Below are positions 56,432-63,176 of a stretch of DNA of 63,176 nucleotides, one piece after another; the stretch's first letter is position 1, and every line of letters starts with the position of its first letter. The DNA is taken from NCBI GenBank assembly GCA_026396415.1, contig JAPLWX010000004.1:1-63176 (forward strand), read 5' to 3'. This stretch comes from Candidatus Micrarchaeota archaeon (lineage in GTDB: Archaea; Micrarchaeota; Micrarchaeia; Anstonellales; Anstonellaceae). The translations under genes were made by a program, and so were the position numbers. The notes under the pieces were generated by a model. It did not search any database, was not told the origin of the DNA, and saw only the letters and a program-made list of their open reading frames with translations.

Positions 56432-56920
56432 CTAGCCTGCGAGCTGGGAATCGTGCTTCCCGGCCTTGACTTCCTCGATGACCTTGCGCGCGTCTTGCCC
56501 CTCGACGGTTATCCCGAGCGAGACGCACGTGCCAAGCACCTCGTTCACGCCGTTCTTGAGGTTCCTGACAAGCGAGCCGTTGGTCTTCATCCTGGCGACT
56601 TTGACCGCCTGCTCGAACTGGAGGTTGCCGACCACTTTGGGGTCGTCCGCTCCGCCCTTCTTTCCCTTTTCCACGCCGGCCTCCTTCTTGAGGAGCTCGC
56701 CTGTGGACGGGCTGCCCACTTCTATGACGAACGTCTTGGCGTTCTTGTCCACCACCACTTTCACAGGCACCTTAAGGCCTGCAAACGGGGCGGTTTTCTT
56801 GTTTATCTCGTCGATTATCCCGTTTATGTTCACGCCCAGGGGGCCCAATGCCGGGCCCAGCGGCGGGCCTGCGTTCGCGCGCCCTCCTTCGACTATGGCA
56901 GGAATTGTAACTTTCGTCAT
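56432..56920 (-). CDS. rpl11: 50S ribosomal protein L11
   Basis: GGRANAGPPLGPALGPLGVN, GTCVSLG. Confidence 0.96.
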   Translation of the reverse strand: MTKVTIPAIVEGGRANAGPPLGPALGPLGVNINGIIDEINKKTAPFAGLKVPVKVVVDKNAKTFVIEVGSPSTGELLKKEAGVEKGKKGGADDPKVVGNLQFEQAVKVARMKTNGSLVRNLKNGVNEVLGTCVSLGITVEGQDARKVIEEVKAGKHDSQLAG

Positions 56921-57009
56921 ACAGTATCACCTTTAAGCGTCATTCGCGAAGGCGATATGAGGGCACATTATTTTAAATGGTTGCCTTGGGGCGTTTTTTG
57001 CGCTGCGCC

Positions 57010-58188
57010 TCACTTTGCGCCCTGCACATAGATGCCAATTATGTTCATCAGCTTGGCATACATGTTGCCGCTCGTGTCAGCCATCGAGTTTACGATGTCG
57101 GATGCCTGCTTGTCCGTTATCGTTGTTTTTGCAGTGGCTGTTGATGGCGACGGGTTTTCCACAGATGTGCCCGGCGCGGTTGCGGTTGGAACTGGCTTGG
57201 TTCCGGTGCTGGCGGTTGTTGCCGAGACAGGCTTGGTTCCTACAGCGCCAGGCAGCACGGCAATTGGCGGGGTGATTGCCACTGGCTTGGTCTCGCTGGC
57301 GGCAGGCGGCGCGGTTGTTGTTTGCTGCACCGCGGTGATTGCTGGCGTGATTGCCACTATTTTAGTAGTCGCTGGAGCCGTCCTGTTCGTGGTGTTGGTG
57401 CTGATGGCTGCGCCGTCGGGGCGCGCGGTTGTCTTGTTCGTGGTGTTGGTGCTGATGGCTGCGCCGGCGGGGCGCATTGTGGACCTGTTCGTGTTGTGCT
57501 TTGCCGCCGTCCTGTTCGTGGTGTTGGTGCTGATGGCTGCGCCGGCGGGGCGCATTGTGGACCTGTTCGTGTTGTTTGTTGAATTGTAGGCCGGCAGGGC
57601 GGAGGGCTTTGCCGCCGTCCTGTTCGTGGTGTTGGTGCTGATGGCTGCGCCGGCGGGGCGCGCGGTTGTCTTGTTCGTGGTGTTGGTGCTGATGGCTGCG
57701 CCGGCGGGGCGCGCGGTTGTCTTGTTCGTGACGTTGGTGTAATTATATCGAATCGCGCCCGGCATGTAGATGCCCAGGGTGTTCATCACCTCGGCATACA
57801 TGTTGCCGCTCGTATCGGCCATCGAGCTCAAGGTGTCGGATGCCTGGCCCGGAGCCATTGCGGGGGCAGCCATCTTGCTTGTGCTGTTGGAGCTGCCGCC
57901 CTGGCTGGCGCACGCGCCGTTGGAGCAGGAGAATACGCAGACTGCGTTGAGGCTGGAGATGCAGCTGCCTGAGCCGTTCATGCTTTGCGCGCACAGGTAT
58001 TCCGTCAGGTTCCTGCCAGTGCAAAAGTCCGTCCGCGAAACGGTCGCATTCGAGCCGCACATGGTGCCAGTGGCTGTCCCGCGGGCAAAAATGTTCACGC
58101 CCCCGTCGCTGTCATTGCAGAAGGCGGCCAGTGGCGAAAGCGCCATTGCCAGAATCATTGCCATGCCAAGCCACTTCATCCAAACCAC
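57010..58188 (-). CDS. Secreted Thr/Asn-rich repeat (mucin-like) protein
   Basis: Signal peptide, Cys-rich CNDSDGG domain, 17-aa repeats. Confidence 0.8.
   Translation of the reverse strand: MVWMKWLGMAMILAMALSPLAAFCNDSDGGVNIFARGTATGTMCGSNATVSRTDFCTGRNLTEYLCAQSMNGSGSCISSLNAVCVFSCSNGACASQGGSSNSTSKMAAPAMAPGQASDTLSSMADTSGNMYAEVMNTLGIYMPGAIRYNYTNVTNKTTARPAGAAISTNTTNKTTARPAGAAISTNTTNRTAAKPSALPAYNSTNNTNRSTMRPAGAAISTNTTNRTAAKHNTNRSTMRPAGAAISTNTTNKTTARPDGAAISTNTTNRTAPATTKIVAITPAITAVQQTTTAPPAASETKPVAITPPIAVLPGAVGTKPVSATTASTGTKPVPTATAPGTSVENPSPSTATAKTTITDKQASDIVNSMADTSGNMYAKLMNIIGIYVQGAK
57378..57730 (-). repeat. Coding tandem repeat, 51-bp unit (RPAGAAISTNTTNKTTA), 5 copies
   Basis: Near-identical DNA units GTTCGTGGTGTTGGTGCTGATGGCTGCGCCG. 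Confidence 0.9.
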
Positions 58189-58251
58189 CCCTATTCAATT
58201 CCCTCTTCATTTTTTTGTTGCATTGTAATTTCGATGCCTGCGGGCATCTCA

Positions 58252-58851
58252 TTACAATGCTGAAAAAGTTGTCTGCAACTTTTTCATTGCATAAACTATA
58301 TAAGCGGTGTGCGTCAGGCCCGTGTTTTCCGGCCGCACGCCGGATGCGCGCACCAGGTAGTCGCGCACCATTGCCTCCGTCATCTGCGGCTGCCCGAACC
58401 CGGCAGCCTCGCACGCTTCGAAAAAGCGGCGCGCCTGCTCGACATGGGGAAGATAGCCGAAAACCATGCCGCCGGCGCGCAGCGCGGCATGCGCGTGCGC
58501 CACCGCCTTGTCAGAGTCGGCCAAATCAAGGGTTACCAAGTCCACCTCGCGCTCCTCGATTCCCTCAAGCACGTTTGCGCGCTTAATCGTTAGCGTTCCC
58601 TCCACGCCCGCCCGCTTCGCATTCTTTTCCGCAAGCTCCGCAAATTCTTCGCGCCACTCGTAGCTCGTGACTTTTTTCGCGACGTTCGCAAGCGAGATGG
58701 CAAGCCAGCCCGAGCCTGCGCCCGCATCAACCACGACTGAGTTTTTGCCGACGCCCGAATAGGCGAGTATGACGCCAATGTCCTTGGGAAGCACGACCTG
58801 CGGGCCGCGCTTGCACCTCTTCAATATTTCCGGAAAATGCACAAAAACCAC
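58252..58851 (-). CDS. trmI: tRNA (adenine-N1)-methyltransferase TrmI-like
   Basis: RGPQVVLPKD, DAGAGSG, LDL, HTAY. Confidence 0.85.
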   Translation of the reverse strand: MVFVHFPEILKRCKRGPQVVLPKDIGVILAYSGVGKNSVVVDAGAGSGWLAISLANVAKKVTSYEWREEFAELAEKNAKRAGVEGTLTIKRANVLEGIEEREVDLVTLDLADSDKAVAHAHAALRAGGMVFGYLPHVEQARRFFEACEAAGFGQPQMTEAMVRDYLVRASGVRPENTGLTHTAYIVYAMKKLQTTFSAL

Positions 58852-58857
58852 AACTCC

Positions 58858-59277
58858 TTATTTGTTCAGTTTCGAGGCAAGCTTTGCGTCGGAAATGGCA
58901 AGTATGCGCGCGGCAAGGATTGCCGCGTTCTTGCCATTGCCAATCCCTACTGTGGCAACCGGCACGCCCGCCGGCATCTGCATCATTGAGAGAAGCGCGT
59001 CCAGCCCGGAAAGCGCAACATCCACCGGGACGCCGATTACCGGCTTTTTCGTCTTGCTTGCGATAACGCCTGGAAGCGCGGCAGACAAGCCTGCGATGCC
59101 AATGAACACTTTTGCATCGCTCCCCTTGATTATCTTGTCAAGCAAGCCAGGCTGCCTGTGCGCGGAAGCCACCTTTATCTCGTGGCTTACGCCAAGCTCA
59201 GTAAGCGCATCAGCTGCCTTTTTCGCAACTTGCATGTCGGATTCGCTTCCTACCAATATTAGCACGTCCGCCATCAT
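58858..59277 (-). CDS. purE: AIR carboxylase/N5-CAIR mutase PurE
   Basis: [35 protein letters not shown]. Confidence 0.95.
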   Translation of the reverse strand: MMADVLILVGSESDMQVAKKAADALTELGVSHEIKVASAHRQPGLLDKIIKGSDAKVFIGIAGLSAALPGVIASKTKKPVIGVPVDVALSGLDALLSMMQMPAGVPVATVGIGNGKNAAILAARILAISDAKLASKLNK

Positions 59278-59289
59278 ATCACCTTGTGT

Positions 59290-59538
59290 TCAATCGTAAA
59301 CATCTTTCCTGTGGCCGATTTTCGCTATCAGCACTTCATTTTGGACAATCGAATAAATGACCCTGAATTTGCCAACGTGGACCCGTTTCTTGTTTTTCAG
59401 TAGGTTGGAGAGCGACTCGCCCAGTTCTGGATGCTGACCTAGTTTTTCTATTCTCTTGAGAAGCGGAACTTGGACAGATTTGTCAAGTTTCCTTATGAAA
59501 TCCTTTGCGTCCTCCGAATATGATATTTTACAGCTCAT
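59290..59538 (-). CDS. RelE/ParE-family toxin
   Basis: RVHVGKFRVIY...IGHRKDVY. Confidence 0.85.
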   Translation of the reverse strand: MSCKISYSEDAKDFIRKLDKSVQVPLLKRIEKLGQHPELGESLSNLLKNKKRVHVGKFRVIYSIVQNEVLIAKIGHRKDVYD

Positions 59539-59758
59539 TTTCAAGCCCCAGTTCCTTGATAAGCTGCCTGTGCGATGTTGTCCTTCCTTTCTTGTGCTCC
59601 TTTTCCGCTTTTGAAATGGCACGCAGGTCGTCGAGGAACTCGGCTTCATCTATTTTCTGCTCTATTGCCTTGCGCGCTATTTCACTCCATTTGTATTCGG
59701 AGTGCTCCTGCATCCTCGCATGCAGGATTTCTGGGATGGAAAGCGTTATGTTTGCCAT
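59528..59758 (-). CDS. Antitoxin (RHH-like)
   Basis: MANITLSIPE...KWSEIARKAI; overlaps the toxin start. Confidence 0.8.
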   Translation of the reverse strand: MANITLSIPEILHARMQEHSEYKWSEIARKAIEQKIDEAEFLDDLRAISKAEKEHKKGRTTSHRQLIKELGLENEL

Positions 59759-59810
59759 TTTCTCACCTATTTGCATTGTGTGGGCGCACATATTTATTTG
59801 TTTGCACGAG

Positions 59811-60689
59811 CTAGTAAGGGAATTTCTTCCCTGTCAGCCTTTCATAGCATTCCACGTATTTTTCGGTTGTTTTCTTCATCACTTCGGCCGGAAGGCGGGG
59901 CGCAGGCGGCATTTTGTCCCAGCCCGTGGTTTCCAGGTAGTCGCGCACGAACTGCTTGTCATACGAGGGAGGGGAAACTCCCTCCCTGTAGGAATCGGCA
60001 GGCCAGTAGCGGCTGGAGTCAGGAGTGAGCACCTCGTCCGCGAGTATTATTTTGCCATCGGCATCCGCGCCAAACTCGAATTTTGTGTCTGCGAGGATTA
60101 TGCCGCGCGCCTTTGCATAATCTGCCGCCGCGGAATAGATGCGCAACGACAGGCCGCGCACTGCATGGTATGTTTCCTTGCCGACAAGCGCCGCGCCTTC
60201 CTTCTCTCCGATGTTTTCGTCGTGCCCCTTTTCCGCCTTTGTGGAGGGCGTGAATATGGGCTGCGGGAGCCTGGAGGCGTTTTTCAGGCCAGCGGGCAGC
60301 GGCATGCCGCAGATTGCGCCTGTTTTCTGGTAGTCCTTCCAGCCCGAGCCTGCCATGTAGCCGCGCACCACGCACTCAAGCGGGATTATCCTCACTTTCT
60401 TCACCGTCATGCACCTGCCTTCCAGGTAGGATGGCAGGCCGTCCGGCACTGACGTGGAGATAAGATGGTTGTCCACTATCCCTTTCAGGCGCCCGAACCA
60501 GAAAAGGGACATTTGCGTAAGCACGCGCCCTTTCTTTTCAATCCCGTCCGGGAAAACAACGTCGAATGCTGAAAGCCTGTCCGACGCAACCATGAAAAGG
60601 CTGCCATCCGGAAGCTCGTACGTGTCGCGCACTTTCCCTCGCGAAAAGGGCTTCAGCTTCAAGTCTGTTTTAGTGATAACTTCATCCAT
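59811..60689 (-). CDS. purC: SAICAR synthase
   Basis: RGKVRD, DRLSAFD, ECVVRGY, ADTKFEFG, DEVLTPDSSR. Confidence 0.96.
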   Translation of the reverse strand: MDEVITKTDLKLKPFSRGKVRDTYELPDGSLFMVASDRLSAFDVVFPDGIEKKGRVLTQMSLFWFGRLKGIVDNHLISTSVPDGLPSYLEGRCMTVKKVRIIPLECVVRGYMAGSGWKDYQKTGAICGMPLPAGLKNASRLPQPIFTPSTKAEKGHDENIGEKEGAALVGKETYHAVRGLSLRIYSAAADYAKARGIILADTKFEFGADADGKIILADEVLTPDSSRYWPADSYREGVSPPSYDKQFVRDYLETTGWDKMPPAPRLPAEVMKKTTEKYVECYERLTGKKFPY

Positions 60690-60740
60690 TCTTCCACCAA
60701 AATGGATTGGGAATGGAGATTTATAAAAGCAATGCGAAAC

Positions 60741-62057
60741 TCACTGCTGCGGAACCATTGGCGGCGCGAGCGGCGGAGGGGGGATTTCGCCTCCCTTTTT
60801 CTTGTTGAAATAATAGATTGCCGCAAAGGCAGACACTGCAAGCACCGCTATGCCCACAAATATGCCCTCGTTGGGAATGGAAGGCATGGAAGGCATCGAT
60901 GCCCCTGGCGAGCTTGTGTTTGCAGCACCAGGCGCGCCCCCGCCAAGCGAAACCACATAGTCGCCATGCCCAACAGCGGTGTTGCCTTCCTTGTCAGAGA
61001 CGCTGATTGTGTACTTCACAAGGGTGCCGGCTGGCTGTGCCGGGATTTTTGCCTCGAAGCTGTTGTAGCCTATTGCATAGACTGAAAGCGCGTTTTGCAC
61101 CCCTGCAACCTCATACGAGACAGAAACCGCGTCAATCCCGCTAGCCTCCGGCCCGACATCCTCCACGAAGAAGCGTATCATGCCTACCCCGGATGACGAA
61201 AGCGCGGAGTATTGGTCTTTTATTGATGGCTTGCTGAGGTCAAAAGTGACTTCCAAGGAGGGGCTGGCCTGCAGGTTTGGCTGTACGCGTTTTATGCCCT
61301 GCCCGTATGTCACTATGACCTGCGGGGAGTTGATGGTGATGTTCTCAAAATGAGCCATCCCGTCGCTGTCTGTTTCGGAGCCAGCGCCATTCACTTCCAC
61401 ATTTGCGGATAGCGGGTGGCGCCTGTCATCCTGCACATGGACATCGAGTTTGTAGTAACTGAGCATGACGTCAATCGATTGGTCGCCTGTCGAATTGGCA
61501 ATCGCGAGCGGGATGTTTTTCACCAGGTCGTTCCGCTCCACCTTGAGGGCGTAGTTGCCCGGGGGAAGGGCAAAAAATGTGCTGCCGGACGAGTCAGTCG
61601 GCTTTGTTGCCCTGCCCACCGTTGCGTTTGCCTGCAGCGGATGGCCATTTTGGTCAAACACGCGCACGAGTGCAATGTACGACTCGACTTGCATCGTGTA
61701 TATCCTGTTCTCCCCATCCACGGCAATGAGCGAAGCCGAGTCCAGCTGGTCCCCATATTTCACATACAGCGTGTATGAATATTCAGTTTCGCTGTCAATT
61801 GATTCATAGTTGGTGAATAGCATGCCTGCGTACCCATGCGAATCGGTAAGCTTTGGCTTGGTCTCGATATTTCCTTTCACGGAGTTTAACTCGTAATCAA
61901 CATAGACCTGCGCGCCCTCGACCGGGCGAAGGAAATTGTCAAAGACCTGGACAGTGAGGTTTTCAGTGTATTTTGCCCAGGGAGCGCCTGTTAGCACCAG
62001 CACTCCCGCGGCAAGCAAAAGGAAAAACGCTGAAAGCCTCATGGCTGCATTTGGCAA
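60741..62057 (-). CDS. Surface protein with beta-sandwich (carboxypeptidase-regulatory-like) repeats
   Basis: Signal peptide, repeated V-D...P..A.V...TDS.G units, C-terminal TM and proline tail. Confidence 0.75.
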   Translation of the reverse strand: MPNAAMRLSAFFLLLAAGVLVLTGAPWAKYTENLTVQVFDNFLRPVEGAQVYVDYELNSVKGNIETKPKLTDSHGYAGMLFTNYESIDSETEYSYTLYVKYGDQLDSASLIAVDGENRIYTMQVESYIALVRVFDQNGHPLQANATVGRATKPTDSSGSTFFALPPGNYALKVERNDLVKNIPLAIANSTGDQSIDVMLSYYKLDVHVQDDRRHPLSANVEVNGAGSETDSDGMAHFENITINSPQVIVTYGQGIKRVQPNLQASPSLEVTFDLSKPSIKDQYSALSSSGVGMIRFFVEDVGPEASGIDAVSVSYEVAGVQNALSVYAIGYNSFEAKIPAQPAGTLVKYTISVSDKEGNTAVGHGDYVVSLGGGAPGAANTSSPGASMPSMPSIPNEGIFVGIAVLAVSAFAAIYYFNKKKGGEIPPPPLAPPMVPQQ

Positions 62058-62140
62058 ACAAAGATTTTTATAGCTCGCATGTTAAAATGGGCATGCCATG
62101 TGTCAAGGCAGCCAAAAGCAGATGGCAATCGGGGGTTTTT

Positions 62141-62653
62141 ATGACGTTTGCAAACAAGGGGCAAGGCGCTACACAGTCGAATCGCGATTCGACTTATCGC
62201 ACTTGCCGCGGGCAAGGTGCGACCGAATACCTGGTCCTTCTCGCGGTTGTGCTGATCATCGCGCTCGTGGCAATCATGCTCCTGGGGTACTTCCCGGGAA
62301 TGGCAACTGACGCAAAAATCACGCAGAGCCAGGCATACTGGAGGGGCCAGGCAACCCCGTTTGCAATCACGGAGAGCGAGATAAACTCGACCGGCTATGG
62401 GAGCTTCATGCTGCAGAACATGGAGGCGGCGGGGCCGTTCACAGTCACCTCGTTCCAGGTGGGCAACTACTACAACAACTCAACCAACGCATCGTTTTCT
62501 GCAGGAGAAAGCAAGGCTTTGGTAGTATCAGGCATGGGCAGCCACCCGGGCGGAAGCGTCTATGATTTGAACGTGACGATTTCCTACACCAAGCCAAGCG
62601 GGGCCCCGGACACGCAGTACGGGACCAAGAACATCGTGGGCAAATACGCCTGA
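62141..62653 (+). CDS. Type IV pilin-like protein (class III signal peptide)
   Basis: RG|QGATEYLVLLAVVLIIALVA. Confidence 0.88.
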   Translation: MTFANKGQGATQSNRDSTYRTCRGQGATEYLVLLAVVLIIALVAIMLLGYFPGMATDAKITQSQAYWRGQATPFAITESEINSTGYGSFMLQNMEAAGPFTVTSFQVGNYYNNSTNASFSAGESKALVVSGMGSHPGGSVYDLNVTISYTKPSGAPDTQYGTKNIVGKYA

Positions 62654-62782
62654 TTGCCATTTTTTGATTTTTTCTCAAGCTTTAACTGGAGCTGGCTGGG
62701 AATATTTATATAATCATGCTGGGAATTAAAGTGTCTGCACAGGAAACAGATGTTGGATGCATGTTCCTATCGGAGCGGTTTT

Positions 62783-63139
62783 ATGGGATGGATTCATGGG
62801 CAGGGCGCAACAGAGTATCTTGTTCTCCTAGCGGTTGTATTGATTGTTGCGCTGGTATCGGTTGCGCTTCTCGGGTTCTTCCCGGGGATGGCATCTGATG
62901 CCAGGATTACGCAGAGCCAGACGTACTGGAGAGGCCAGGCAAAGCCGTTTGCGATAATGGACGCATCCGTGGGTGCAAATACGACGACCCTGAGCGTGCA
63001 CAACCGGGAAGCAACCGGGCCATACAACATGACAGGCATAACCATAAACGGCGTGGCAGGCACAATAACGGGCACAAGCGTGCTCTTTGCGGCAGGCCAG
63101 GCACAGACCTGTCTTTCCTTAAAGTTGGGTAGCAGGTAA
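62783..63139 (+). CDS. Second pilin paralog, C-terminally truncated
   Basis: HG|QGATEYLVLLAVVLIVALV; similarity to pilin 1 stops near 63108. Confidence 0.75.
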   Translation: MGWIHGQGATEYLVLLAVVLIVALVSVALLGFFPGMASDARITQSQTYWRGQAKPFAIMDASVGANTTTLSVHNREATGPYNMTGITINGVAGTITGTSVLFAAGQAQTCLSLKLGSR

Positions 63140-63176
63140 GCAACAGTCTGCTCCGACGGCAGACAAGATTTTCTCC

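Noticed and set aside
4400-63176. Additional VRs matching the TR elsewhere in the window (e.g. in pilins or S-layer)
   Set aside because: None found by eye. A computational search is needed to exclude them.

Overview
Archaeal genomic window, most likely a DPANN lineage such as Ca. Micrarchaeota. This is inferred from aRF1, archaeal TyrRS, Spt5, SecE, an S-layer protein, class III signal-peptide pilins, a stand-alone 5S rRNA and a 7S SRP RNA. (1) Positions 1-4.4 kb: an integrative element at tRNA-Ser(GCT) carrying a tyrosine integrase and a diversity-generating retroelement (DGR). The DGR has a target gene with a VR, a TR that differs from it only at adenines, and an RT whose frame is broken by an (AG)9 microsatellite. 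It is followed by the 5' part of a group IIC intron-like RNA. (2) 5.9-8.3 kb: an AT-rich nest of IS5-like transposon remnants inserted in tandem just upstream of the SRP RNA gene. (3) aRF1 with an intein at its GGQ motif. (4) 11-21 kb, the most novel candidate: a hydrogenase-4/Ehr-like membrane complex whose large and small subunits have lost all canonical metal-binding cysteines, bracketed by two paralogous beta-carbonic-anhydrase-like genes. This suggests an undescribed ion-coupled CO2/bicarbonate machine. (5) Surface and S-layer genes. (6) 34-46.6 kb: a VirB4/HerA-like ATPase operon with membrane proteins and a membrane-anchored, intein-containing Cdc48-like ATPase. (7) Housekeeping genes (AMP phosphorylase, ftsZ-secE-spt5, rpl11, trmI, purE, purC), a toxin-antitoxin pair and pilins. 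All calls come from reading motifs by eye; no database searches were run.
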